A stretch of 64,000 nucleotides of DNA. Source: an uncultured virus (IMG/VR IMGVR_UViG_3300021090_000018). Taxonomy: Duplodnaviria; Heunggongvirae; Uroviricota; Caudoviricetes. Location: IMG/VR virus record IMGVR_UViG_3300021090_000018; one strand, 5' to 3'. The position numbers and the translations under genes are program-made. Positions 55,032-64,000 of the stretch are shown piece by piece. Each line of letters opens with the position of its first letter. Within the stretch, counting starts at the first letter, position 1. The notes under the pieces were generated by a model. That model saw only the letters and a program-made list of their open reading frames with translations. It had not been told where the DNA came from and searched no databases.

Positions 55032-55705
55032 ACAGACAAGGCTTCCTGGTGGGATTGGCGTTCGGTGTCCTGATCGTGGTGATGGTGGGCACGCTCACGA
55101 TGGCGAGGGCGGAAGGACCGGGAGCGCGTGTCGATCGTTCTGGTGTCTGGCTATTGCTCGATGATTGTGCGCTCCAGGATGCGCGATCGGTGGAATGTCA
55201 CGAGGTGGACAACCTTCGCAGTGTCAGGGAGGGGCGACAGGGGCCTGTGGTGATGGATTCAGGAGTGGCGCCACAAACTGGACTGGCCTATATGCCAGCG
55301 GGTGTGAAACCGGATGGTGATGTGGCTACTATATTGATGAACGCCCAAGCCAGTGTCTACGCCACGCTCGACGAGCCAACGCTCGGGAAGCTGATTGTGC
55401 TGTTATCGCTGATGGACCAGTCGCGGTGGTCCCTGGAGTTGGGGAAGCAAGAAGATACGGGCATTGTGCATCTTGGTGTGTCGTCTGAAGTCCTTTGTTC
55501 TGAGAACGGGTTCCCCGTCACCTGTTTGCACGGCGATTCGATTCCATTAGAGCCCTGCCTCGCCAAGATGGAAGCGGCCATGCGAGCGATGGATGCGTTT
55601 ATTGATCCAAGCGAAGACGGCAGCGTTTCGACGGTGCAGGATGTATTCAACGGTCATGCCCTGTGGCAACAGGTCAAGGCATCTTGCTGGAGGGATGGTA
55701 AATGA
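55028..55705 (+). CDS. Exported/membrane-anchored hypothetical protein
   Basis: GGAGG RBS; N-terminal hydrophobic segment ending ARA; 6 Cys. Confidence 0.55.
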   Translation: MNRQGFLVGLAFGVLIVVMVGTLTMARAEGPGARVDRSGVWLLLDDCALQDARSVECHEVDNLRSVREGRQGPVVMDSGVAPQTGLAYMPAGVKPDGDVATILMNAQASVYATLDEPTLGKLIVLLSLMDQSRWSLELGKQEDTGIVHLGVSSEVLCSENGFPVTCLHGDSIPLEPCLAKMEAAMRAMDAFIDPSEDGSVSTVQDVFNGHALWQQVKASCWRDGK

Positions 55706-56070
55706 GGCAAGCCAACGGACCATACAAACAATGAGGAGAAAAAGGAAAACGCGAGCACGTCCTTATCGCCGAGAAAGCTCTCGGTAGGTGTCTGCCTGAA
55801 GGGGTGGAAGTTCACCACGCGAATGAAATCAAGAAGGACAATAGGAACTGTAACCTTGTGATTTGCCAGGACCGTAGCTATCACCTACTGCTTCATACGA
55901 GGAAACGTGCGGTCGATGCTGGGCATCCTGCGACATGGCTATCGTGTCCGTTCTGTAAGAAGTTTGCTCATCCTGAAGTGTTCGGAGTGTTTAAGCCACA
56001 CCAACAAAGGCACAGAGAATGCGGCGCTGAGTATTCTCGCAGAAAACGTGCTACACGGAGGCAGCCATGA
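55702..56070 (+). pseudogene. HNH endonuclease with in-frame TGA at codon 11
   Basis: MRQANGPYKQ*GEKGKREHVLIAEKALGR...VHHANE..DN..NL; TGA at 55732-55734. Confidence 0.7.
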
Positions 56071-56366
56071 ACCGCTACGTCCAACATATCAGTGGGCAAG
56101 GGGACAAGTGGGAAGTCTATGACGAGACCGCATTGCGGTGGCACGCCGGGCCAGATAACAATAGCGCCTTCTTCTCACTGCCAAAATCAGAATACCGCCT
56201 CTGTGATCCTCCTGATCTCTGGAGAATCATCACGCCAAACGTCTACATCGGAGACAATGAGAAAGAACTCTGGTACCACGGAACCTGTATCGCCGCACTG
56301 GATCCTGGCTACCGGTTTGGACGTGAGTTGAACCTACTCACGATCGCCACAAAGGAGTCTCAGTGA
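56067..56366 (+). CDS. Hypothetical protein
   Basis: GGAGG RBS, coupled. Confidence 0.55.
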   Translation: MNRYVQHISGQGDKWEVYDETALRWHAGPDNNSAFFSLPKSEYRLCDPPDLWRIITPNVYIGDNEKELWYHGTCIAALDPGYRFGRELNLLTIATKESQ

Positions 56367-56557
56367 CGCCGATCGTCTTCCACGCGAGCGTCAAGGGCTT
56401 CACCTCGGATGAGATTGGGCAATCCAAGCTGTCGTTTATCGTGCCAGATTGCGATAAAGACGCAGCGCATGAGGTAGGAAAATTGACCGGGTGTGTCCTC
56501 ATGGTCACCGTGATGCTGGAGAAAGATATTAAGGCTGGAAGGAGAGGACGGACATGA
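56363..56557 (+). CDS. Hypothetical protein
   Basis: AGGAG RBS, coupled. Confidence 0.5.
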   Translation: MTPIVFHASVKGFTSDEIGQSKLSFIVPDCDKDAAHEVGKLTGCVLMVTVMLEKDIKAGRRGRT

Positions 56558-57111
56558 AACTCTGTGAATGTGGATGCGGATCGCCAGCACCAATTGCCAG
56601 ACAGTCAGGATCGCTAAGAGGCTACGTAAAGGGTCAACCAACCAGATTTGTCTTAGGGCACGCGAATCGGGGACACATAAGGGAACGAAGCGCGAATTGG
56701 CGAGGTGGACGAAAAAGATCAGATGGTGGGTATATCGAAATACGCAAGCCTGAACATCCACGAGCTGGTCCAGCAGGTTATGTCAAGGAGCACATCCTCG
56801 TGATGGAGGACATGATAGGGCGATTTGTGGTTTCGCCAGAAGAGGTCCATCATATTGATCGTGACCGAGCCAACAATATCCCCGAGAACCTTTCTCTCTG
56901 CAAGAACAACTTTGAGCATAAATTGCTGCATCGGTGGATGGAAGCTCGGGAAGCGTGCGGACATGATGATTGGCGCAAGTGCGTATACTGCAAACAGTGG
57001 GGTGCGCCAGAAACTGTGCGACCACATAATTCCAAGAAATCCTATCAGGCCACGGGTACGCACCCGTCATGCAAACGACAAGATTCTCAACAAAGGAGGG
57101 CAAAATCATGA
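56554..57111 (+). CDS. HNH endonuclease (paralog of 43571 gene)
   Basis: MKLCECGCG...EHILV...VHHID...NN..NL. Confidence 0.8.
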   Translation: MKLCECGCGSPAPIARQSGSLRGYVKGQPTRFVLGHANRGHIRERSANWRGGRKRSDGGYIEIRKPEHPRAGPAGYVKEHILVMEDMIGRFVVSPEEVHHIDRDRANNIPENLSLCKNNFEHKLLHRWMEAREACGHDDWRKCVYCKQWGAPETVRPHNSKKSYQATGTHPSCKRQDSQQRRAKS

Positions 57112-57491
57112 AACCGAAACTGGCTCTTATTGGCATCCTAGCGGTGTTGGCGGGACTGTTCGCGCTGCCGGCACAGGCGCAGATCATCTGCTCACAATTC
57201 GGCAACTTCACCTATTGCGATCCCGGCACTGGGCAGGGGAGTATTCAAGCCGACCTGGGGCACGGTCGCGGGGTGATTCTCGATAGCACGAACGGCACGA
57301 CAACCCCCTACACGATTCTTCAACCGCAATCTCAGAGACACACGGCGCCGGTGTTTATTCCTCGCTCCACGCCACGAGCGCGTTCGTACTCAGAGCCGGA
57401 CTACGAGCCTTCGTACTCCGCTGCGCCATCAGCTCCGTTAGGCTATCTGCCTCCGCCGCCCTCTGGCTATCTACCTCCGCCGTATCCGTAG
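57108..57491 (+). CDS. Exported Pro/Tyr-rich protein
   Basis: Signal peptide ...ALPAQA; ICSQFGNFTYC; GYLPPP repeats. Confidence 0.6.
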   Translation: MKPKLALIGILAVLAGLFALPAQAQIICSQFGNFTYCDPGTGQGSIQADLGHGRGVILDSTNGTTTPYTILQPQSQRHTAPVFIPRSTPRARSYSEPDYEPSYSAAPSAPLGYLPPPPSGYLPPPYP

Positions 57492-57502
57492 GGGGTGGGA
57501 CA

Positions 57503-57778
57503 ATGAACATCGAGCGAGAGATGCTGAAGCAACAGCGCGACAGGAGGAAATTGATGAGCGAGATGGAGAAAGCAATCGACACGACCACCTACATAGCCCG
57601 TGTGCATGTCCTCCTCTCGCACTCATCACTCATCGACTTGAGGGGACTCCTCACCGGAGCCAAACGCACACGGTTGAAAACGGTCAACTTCACCCTCAAC
57701 GGATCGGCCTCTCTGATACCCAGGAAGATGGCGGTCCAACTAATCGAGTCCCATATCAAGCTGAAGGGTGGGCAATGA
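57503..57778 (+). CDS. Hypothetical protein
   Basis: Colinear ORF. Confidence 0.45.
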   Translation: MNIEREMLKQQRDRRKLMSEMEKAIDTTTYIARVHVLLSHSSLIDLRGLLTGAKRTRLKTVNFTLNGSASLIPRKMAVQLIESHIKLKGGQ

Positions 57779-57972
57779 CCGATAATGAAATCATCGCGAG
57801 ACAGGTGAGGCAAATCGTGGAGCTAAACGATGAACTAGTGAAGCTCAAAGACGGCATCAGGAAAGCCATCATGCACATGGTCTGCGTAGGTGGGCCGCTG
57901 AACGACAACAAACTGAAATTCACGCCGGAGCAGCAGAAGGTGTTTCAGACCATTTTGGACGAGCTAGAGTGA
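57775..57972 (+). CDS. Hypothetical protein
   Basis: Coupled ORF; CVGGPLNDN motif. Confidence 0.55.
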   Translation: MTDNEIIARQVRQIVELNDELVKLKDGIRKAIMHMVCVGGPLNDNKLKFTPEQQKVFQTILDELE

Positions 57973-58173
57973 CCCCACCCTCCAAGCGTCCCCCCTCGAA
58001 GCTCCACCCGTTGGTGCAGTTGGATGAGAAATTGAGACAGCAGGCGGAAGAACTATGAATCCTACCACCACCCGTTCTCCTCTGAGAAGACGCATGGCCA
58101 CCGCCTCGCGCTTGGCCGCGTTCGAGCGACACGTCGGCCCTACAGAAGAAATCTAATGAGCTAATGGTCAGGC

Positions 58174-61100
58174 TCAATGCCGCAAAGCAAGCTGTCGGTC
58201 GGATACCATCTTTGCTAGTCGATTCTTCTGCTCTCGCAACCGGTCAATCTGCACCCGTTTCTGTTCACCGGAGAGCACCCGAGACTGTTCAACCATCTTT
58301 ATTCTAGTATTTATCGAGGACTCCTCGCGCTTCACCCGCTCAATCATCGGATAGAGCGCGAGCTTCTCCCGTTCCTGCTCACGAATCGTCCGTGCACCTT
58401 CGAGATCACCACGTTTCAGCGCATCACGGTAACTGCCAAATGCTTGTTCAACCTCAAGCGCCTGGTCATAAAACTGTGTGAGGTACTTGCTCGATCCACT
58501 CGGCAACGTCTCCACGAAATTCCCGGCGAGGAACACGTCCTTCAGTGCCAGGTTCGGCCTAGTCCCACGATCCACCATCGGGCGAATGCCATAATCCAGG
58601 ACGGTCGTCCCCATCGTGCCCAGCCAACTAAAATACCCGCGTACCAATGCGTCCACCTGCACAGGCGAGAGACTGTCCCAGCGCCCCATTGCGAGCTGCG
58701 TTGGATCGGGGAGACCGAGCTGCCCCAGCATTCTGGCGATCTCACTCGTCCGCTCGGTGTAACGGTCCTGCTTCCGTAACCGTTCCATGCCTGGACGTTC
58801 GATCGGTTGGCCCGTAAACGCATCTTTATTCGCGTAGAGATCCATCAGCGGTTTCAGCAGTTGCGGCGTTGGGTTCATGCTCAATTGATTCGAGACGACG
58901 GCCGCCAGCCGCTCACCAAAGAATTTGCCCGTCATTTCTTGATCGATCAGATATTCCACGCTCCGTTCAGCGATGGTGCCAATCGCGCCGATTTCAAACG
59001 GCTTGGGAATGCGGAATGCCACCCCCGCCACCTTAAACCACCAGTTATTTTCTCTGTCATACGGTTGCCGCTTTTTCCAATCATCATCGTCTTTATAGGC
59101 CAGCATCAAGGCAATCGACGCGAGCGCGACCGTCGCCAAGGTGGTACCCATTCGACGGTAATCTTCCTTCGTGGCCCTGCCGAGCTTATAGAGGCCTTGC
59201 AATCTGGCTCCTGTGAACGGGACCACTTGCGTCAGAATCCTGACAGCGGCCCACTTGCCAGACAAACTAAAGTCCATGAGATCGCGGGCCCAGAACGTCG
59301 CCTCCTGGTGACTCATGCCTTTACTCAGCAGACGCTGATAGAGTGCCGCACGGTTCACCTGTTCCCCGCGATCGCCAAACTCCTGATAGGCCTCGAAGGC
59401 CGGTTGAATCCGCTGCTTCCAGAACTTCGTGATGGCGCCGGCATCGCTGAGAATCGAGTCAGGATCAACCCCTTGTTCGATGAGTCGCCTGGTGCGGTCG
59501 GCATTGTTCCCGTCCAACATGGTCCCGAAACGCATCATGCCCCCACCAGCGAGGAGCTGTGCACGGGTTTCGGATTCGAGTCTCGTCCCCTTGATGCCTT
59601 CGCGGATATTCTCAAGAGGGTTATAGGAGAGGTCAGCGGTCCCGATCGCCTGAATGGAATCGCGGATCAAGTTGCGAATCTTGTAGGCCGGGTTCACCGT
59701 CACGGCAAAGGAAAAGTAGCGCTTCATCGCTTGGAACGGCTTCGCAATCGCGCCAAGCCCAGCATAGTGGAGGGCGGCGATGGCATCCAGGAGGGCGGGA
59801 TCGGTGACACGGAAGGTGACCGGCTTCCCCTGATCCATATAATGAACCAGATCCTTCTCCGTGGAACCGGACGGCACTTCCTGCGCCACGCCGGCCATGA
59901 CGGCCGCATTCAGCGTTTCCTTCGCCGCTCGATTCTTCGCTGAGGCGGTGATGAGATGCGACCAGTTCTGCAGGAGATTAGCCAGGAGATCATCGTTCAG
60001 ATGTTCCGTGCCCCCTTCGAGCTTCTTCCAGGCATATTGATTGACGAGGCCCGGCTTGATGCCAAACCCCGGCGCGACCCCTTCCTCATGCAACCGATAG
60101 AACGGCACGTAAGGCTGGTTCTTGTAGAGATCACGCACCTCCGGGCTAATCAACCCAGAGTCCACGCCGATCTTCACCATCGCATCGTTCCAACTATTCA
60201 GCTCTCGGAGTGCGGTCAGATATGCCGCTTCCCGTGAGGCACCATTCTTCATGGTCCCGCGGTTCAGGGTCTTGAGCGCGGCAATGTCCTGCTCGCGGTA
60301 GAGGTTTTCGAGTCCGATCGCCTTGAGACGGTCTGCGCGTTGCGCCGCCACCCATTCCATGAAACGGTCTTGCTCGCCATGGAGAGCGGAGAGCACTTTC
60401 GAGAACCCATTCATGCCATCCGCTTCTCGATAATCGACGCGGTAGGCCCCATCGGAATCGACGTAGGGCTTGCCGTACAGCAACAGGGCTTCCAGGGTTC
60501 CGTCACCCGCCTTCGTCATGCGTGAGAGAATGTAGGCCTTTTTGCTGTAGTCCAAGATCGGCGCATACTGATCGAAGAGGCCTTGCTGCAGCGTCTGCTT
60601 CCAGGTCTGTTTGAACGAGTCCAGCTTTTCATGCCAGGTCTTTGGCGTGCCGTGCACGTGTTGCAATGCGGTCTGCTGTGTTTCAGTCAGTGCACCGAGA
60701 TGCGCGTGTCGAGCCGAATAGGGGGCAGGCGTCTTGTTCTGGATACCGGGGAACTCGGGCGAGCGGAGTTCGTTGTAGGTCAGGCCGGCTTGACGTCGTC
60801 GCTCAAACACTGGCCCGCCCGGCTGCGGGCCGGAATCGTCAGGGTTTTCGCCTTCATTCTTCAGGAAGTCTCCAAATTGATCTTCTCCTGATGGGTGATA
60901 TCCCATAAATCTCGCCCATTTCTCGTTCTTCTTAAATGTATACTCCACTGCCCGCCACATGGTTTTAGCCCCGTCACGAAACCACGCCTTCTCACTGACA
61001 ACAGGTCTCATGTCACCATTCGATACGATCATCCAGTGAGGCCTAGAAGGGTCTTTTGCTACCTCCCAATAGCTGTCTCTCAGGTGAATAGATAGCCGTG

Positions 61101-64000
61101 TAGCATCGAAAACACGTGCAGCGTCTTCGCGTTTGCGCTCTTGGTGGATAGGATGCCGATTGATCGACCAGGCCTTGAATCGCTCGAGTGCATCTAGAAG
61201 GTTCGCGCTGAACTCATCAATGGTAGACGCTTCAAAATTTTCGGCGTGTGACCTATCGTCTGATATCCTTAGACGAAGAGGACCATTCAGGACTGGATCG
61301 TGAAGAATTGTTGGCGTGTATGTTTCAGGAATAGAAGGCGAGTAGTCGTCGCGCCCAGGCTCAGGGGGTACTTGCGCGTCATCTGAAGAGCCTGGCCCCT
61401 GGTTGGTGGCCATGGAGGGGAGTGTAGCCGATTTGGGTTCTACTTGTGAAGGGCTGGTGCCACGTCGCTGTACGGCGGCGCGGTCGTCCAGTGCGGGGGA
61501 CGGCACTCGACTGCGGCCTCGTAGATTCGCTGGGGGTCCAGTCCCTTTTCCTCGGCCTCCGTCAGCCACATTTTGACGGTCGAAGGATGGACCGGATTCT
61601 GCATCGCGGCTAAAATTCTTGTCAGATAATCCATCTCCGCCGAGCCAAAACGGGCGTTGGGCGTCGAGGTCTCTGGCGAGGTCGTCGATTGATCGGGCAT
61701 GAGGACCTCCGTCTAGCGCCTCCATGAGACGCCGTTGCAGTCGCTGTAATGTGGCCAGCCCCACGATAGCATAATTCTGATCCAGTTGGCGAGCAAAGTG
61801 TTCGGCGCGTTCATCCTTGTGCGACGTGATCACCTGTTGATGGGTCAGTTCGTGCATGAGCGTTTTGAGCGCCGCAGCGGCCGTGTGTTCAGCCAGCTCC
61901 TCCTCGGTAATACGTCCGCGTTCGACGGCTTGCTGCATGGACCACAGCAGCCCCCAGGGATTCAGAATGACCTGATCGGACCCGCGCAGATTCACCCCAT
62001 GATAGTAATCATCAGGGCTTAAGCCCACGAAGGTCGGGGAGCCGAAGTCTGTATCGGAGGCGGACAGGGTATCGGCGAGTTCTTCGAAGACCTCCCTGAG
62101 TCGCTCGCTGACCCGCTTCACATAGGGCTTCGAGGCCAAGTCCCTCATCATTTCTTCTGGGAATTGCTGGGAGGAATCGATGACTTTTTGGCCTGTGTCT
62201 CCGATAGGAGAACCAGCCTCAATCCCCTGTTCAAACTGCGCCATGGTGGGCTCGCGGTCGGAGTTGCCACGTCGTTCGAACAGCGCCGTCCCTTGATCGG
62301 TCTCTTTGGTCTGCATGGTGTCAAAGAGCGCGTCGAATGCCGTGTTGATCGCCTTCCGTTCTTCCCCTGCTGGGTATGGCTGCTTCCAGCCCCACGGAGT
62401 AGGAACTCTTGAATGCGTCCCGTAGGCGATGAAATCGTTGTGCTGCCCCTTGGCCGCAAGGGTGTCCTCCACGTAGGCGGCAAAGGCGCGAGCGGCCATC
62501 TCATGCGGGGTGAGCCAGTAGGACTCGACCCGGCCCTGATCGATGCTCTTCGCTTCACGGGCGTACTCGGTCGGAATCCGCTTGATCTTCTCAGTACCAG
62601 ATTGTGCATCAGACAGCATCTTCAGTCGCTCACTGTAGCGGTTCATGTAGCCACGGAGATCGTCGAAGACCCCTCGCACGTCGCCAGACCCAAAACCGCT
62701 CCGACCGCGCACGGTCTTCTGGATCGCACTCAACTTCTCTAGGGCCTCATTCGTCCAGCGACCGGACGCGAGATAGCGGCGTGTTTTGTTTTTCGCATCA
62801 CTCACCTTGAACTCCGTCGACAGGAATTCACCCGCAAGAATCTTCGCGGCAATCCCGTCGAACTCGGCCAACTGTTCCGCTGTGGCTGGCGCGGCCTTGC
62901 GCTTGTAGTATTGCTCGTCAAGTTGCCGTGACAGCCCACCATAGGGACCGTTACGGATCTCGTTCAGTTTACTCTCAACATCGTTCCGTGCTTCCCCAAC
63001 GAACCGCTCCACCTTCTGCGCGTCTTCGGTATATTGCTCCGCTCGCGTGAACATGGTGTCGATGAGCGTCGTGTAGGCCGCACGGACCTCTTCACGAACC
63101 CCTGAATCTTTCCGCGAGAACCCGTGACTCACATAATCGGTCGAGGGCGCGTTCGCGTCGTAGACCAGATCCCCACGGTCATTGCGGATCTTCGCGCTCT
63201 TAGCCTTCTTGTCTTGCCGACCGAAATAGTGATCCGTGCTGTGAAACCATTCGTGCGCAAGATGGCCGGCTCCCTCCATCTTCGTGAGATTGATCACCCC
63301 GTACTCACGTTCATAATGCGCGGCGGCTCCTGTGAGACCGTGTCCTCTGGCCCCAAACGCGAGAGCCAGTTCACCATTCAGTCCGATCGCTTTCGGTGGA
63401 ATATGAAGAATTCCAGCCAGGTCGAGAAGTCCATCGTAAGCATGGTTCATCACCGCTTGACGGTCATCTTGGTTCTGCCAATTCCCGAATTCGACCGCTC
63501 TGAAATTAAAGGTGTCCTTGAAGTCGTTCGCCTCGACATTCTTCCCGTTGCGCCGATCCTCTCCGGTACGTGTGACGGTCTCAGGTCGTGGAAGAATCTC
63601 CTCGCCAAAGTTGGTCTTGGTCTCAATGATCGATTCGGCGTGCTGAATCATGTACCGCTGCGCGTCTTCCTCAGTGGGGAACGACTGTTCGACCACCTGC
63701 ACAATCTTGCGGTCCCCGATCTTGCGATAGATTTCCCATTGCTCGCCTTTCGCTTTATAGACACGATGGTTGCGGGAAACCGCCGCGAGCGGAATGGCCG
63801 CTTCCGCTTCCTCCTTGGTGTCAAATAGCGTGCGCACAGCTCGCTCTGGTCGACCTGCAAAATCGGTCTTTTTCGTGTCCAGCAGCGACCATTTGCCTTC
63901 TTCGCCCGGACGTGCGCTTTTCAGAATCTGTGACGCGACGTAGCGCTTCCGCCAGGTGGGGATGTCATCTTTCGGCCTGGCCACCTTGGGTCCAGTCGGA
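58174..64000 (-). CDS. C-terminal part (>1936 aa, open at window edge) of giant polyvalent protein with LPD1-like metallopeptidase, a second HExxH and LPD38-like domains
   Basis: VEFGNW...LAFGARG...AAAHYE...INLTK..GAGHLAHEWFH...EMAARAF (LPD1-like); LMHELTH; NNWWF...RIPKPFEIG (LPD38-like). Confidence 0.8.
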   Translation of the reverse strand, partial: PTGPKVARPKDDIPTWRKRYVASQILKSARPGEEGKWSLLDTKKTDFAGRPERAVRTLFDTKEEAEAAIPLAAVSRNHRVYKAKGEQWEIYRKIGDRKIVQVVEQSFPTEEDAQRYMIQHAESIIETKTNFGEEILPRPETVTRTGEDRRNGKNVEANDFKDTFNFRAVEFGNWQNQDDRQAVMNHAYDGLLDLAGILHIPPKAIGLNGELALAFGARGHGLTGAAAHYEREYGVINLTKMEGAGHLAHEWFHSTDHYFGRQDKKAKSAKIRNDRGDLVYDANAPSTDYVSHGFSRKDSGVREEVRAAYTTLIDTMFTRAEQYTEDAQKVERFVGEARNDVESKLNEIRNGPYGGLSRQLDEQYYKRKAAPATAEQLAEFDGIAAKILAGEFLSTEFKVSDAKNKTRRYLASGRWTNEALEKLSAIQKTVRGRSGFGSGDVRGVFDDLRGYMNRYSERLKMLSDAQSGTEKIKRIPTEYAREAKSIDQGRVESYWLTPHEMAARAFAAYVEDTLAAKGQHNDFIAYGTHSRVPTPWGWKQPYPAGEERKAINTAFDALFDTMQTKETDQGTALFERRGNSDREPTMAQFEQGIEAGSPIGDTGQKVIDSSQQFPEEMMRDLASKPYVKRVSERLREVFEELADTLSASDTDFGSPTFVGLSPDDYYHGVNLRGSDQVILNPWGLLWSMQQAVERGRITEEELAEHTAAAALKTLMHELTHQQVITSHKDERAEHFARQLDQNYAIVGLATLQRLQRRLMEALDGGPHARSIDDLARDLDAQRPFWLGGDGLSDKNFSRDAESGPSFDRQNVADGGRGKGTGPPANLRGRSRVPSPALDDRAAVQRRGTSPSQVEPKSATLPSMATNQGPGSSDDAQVPPEPGRDDYSPSIPETYTPTILHDPVLNGPLRLRISDDRSHAENFEASTIDEFSANLLDALERFKAWSINRHPIHQERKREDAARVFDATRLSIHLRDSYWEVAKDPSRPHWMIVSNGDMRPVVSEKAWFRDGAKTMWRAVEYTFKKNEKWARFMGYHPSGEDQFGDFLKNEGENPDDSGPQPGGPVFERRRQAGLTYNELRSPEFPGIQNKTPAPYSARHAHLGALTETQQTALQHVHGTPKTWHEKLDSFKQTWKQTLQQGLFDQYAPILDYSKKAYILSRMTKAGDGTLEALLLYGKPYVDSDGAYRVDYREADGMNGFSKVLSALHGEQDRFMEWVAAQRADRLKAIGLENLYREQDIAALKTLNRGTMKNGASREAAYLTALRELNSWNDAMVKIGVDSGLISPEVRDLYKNQPYVPFYRLHEEGVAPGFGIKPGLVNQYAWKKLEGGTEHLNDDLLANLLQNWSHLITASAKNRAAKETLNAAVMAGVAQEVPSGSTEKDLVHYMDQGKPVTFRVTDPALLDAIAALHYAGLGAIAKPFQAMKRYFSFAVTVNPAYKIRNLIRDSIQAIGTADLSYNPLENIREGIKGTRLESETRAQLLAGGGMMRFGTMLDGNNADRTRRLIEQGVDPDSILSDAGAITKFWKQRIQPAFEAYQEFGDRGEQVNRAALYQRLLSKGMSHQEATFWARDLMDFSLSGKWAAVRILTQVVPFTGARLQGLYKLGRATKEDYRRMGTTLATVALASIALMLAYKDDDDWKKRQPYDRENNWWFKVAGVAFRIPKPFEIGAIGTIAERSVEYLIDQEMTGKFFGERLAAVVSNQLSMNPTPQLLKPLMDLYANKDAFTGQPIERPGMERLRKQDRYTERTSEIARMLGQLGLPDPTQLAMGRWDSLSPVQVDALVRGYFSWLGTMGTTVLDYGIRPMVDRGTRPNLALKDVFLAGNFVETLPSGSSKYLTQFYDQALEVEQAFGSYRDALKRGDLEGARTIREQEREKLALYPMIERVKREESSINTRIKMVEQSRVLSGEQKRVQIDRLREQKNRLAKMVSDRQLALRH
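61421..61450 (-). promoter_or_regulatory. Candidate internal promoter before in-frame ATG 61413
   Basis: TTCACA-18-TACACT, 7 nt before ATG. Confidence 0.4.
61440..61700 (-). CDS. Candidate nested gene (86 aa) in an alternate frame within the giant gene
   Basis: GGAGG 5 nt upstream of ATG; host frame here is R/G/P-rich and linker-like. Confidence 0.5.
   Translation of the reverse strand: MPDQSTTSPETSTPNARFGSAEMDYLTRILAAMQNPVHPSTVKMWLTEAEEKGLDPQRIYEAAVECRPPHWTTAPPYSDVAPALHK

Noticed and set aside
55732..55734. Stop-codon reassignment (TGA read-through code)
   Set aside because: Single case; many genes end in TGA with ATGA coupling, so the standard code applies
57920..58177. Minus-strand ORF after the giant gene
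   Set aside because: Atypical composition and overlap with a convergent gene; no support
1..64000. CRISPR array, DGR/retron reverse transcriptase, complete tRNA or rRNA genes
   Set aside because: No repeat-spacer array or RT motif seen; the only tRNA-like sequence noticed is the att half-gene
63990..64000. Exact circular join of 64000 to base 1
   Set aside because: Frames of the two giant-gene fragments do not match on a direct join; sequence is missing

Overview
The window is most of the genome of a temperate, podovirus-like tailed phage of a diderm (two-membrane) bacterium. It appears to be in the excised form, because attP is intact. The minus-strand late arm (35.5 kb down to 1, continuing from 64.0 to 58.2 kb) carries terS/terL, portal, scaffold, an N4-gp56-like capsid, adaptor/nozzle, a long fibre/accessory block, a lysis cassette with overlapping spanins, ejection proteins and a giant polyvalent protein cut by both window edges. 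The centre holds a tyrosine integrase, an attP carrying the 5' half of tRNA-Ser(UGA), a tnpB-only IS605-family element and a divergent pair of ribbon-helix-helix regulators. The plus-strand early arm carries recombination, methylase and replication genes plus about 8 HNH endonucleases. Most notable: (1) eleven late genes, including the tail fibre itself, start with Sec- or Tat-type signal peptides, some overprinted on the upstream gene, suggesting extracytoplasmic folding or assembly of virion appendages. (2) A signal-peptide-bearing gene in the lysogeny operon is an ungapped chimera of this phage's own ejection-protein N-terminus and scaffold domain, a candidate decoy-type superinfection exclusion factor. 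(3) The att site replaces the tRNA 5' half. (4) A nested gene and an internal promoter lie inside the giant protein gene. (5) Two HNH insertions are flanked by duplicated, recoded 3' ends of their target genes. All family assignments come from reading motifs by eye; no database search was run.
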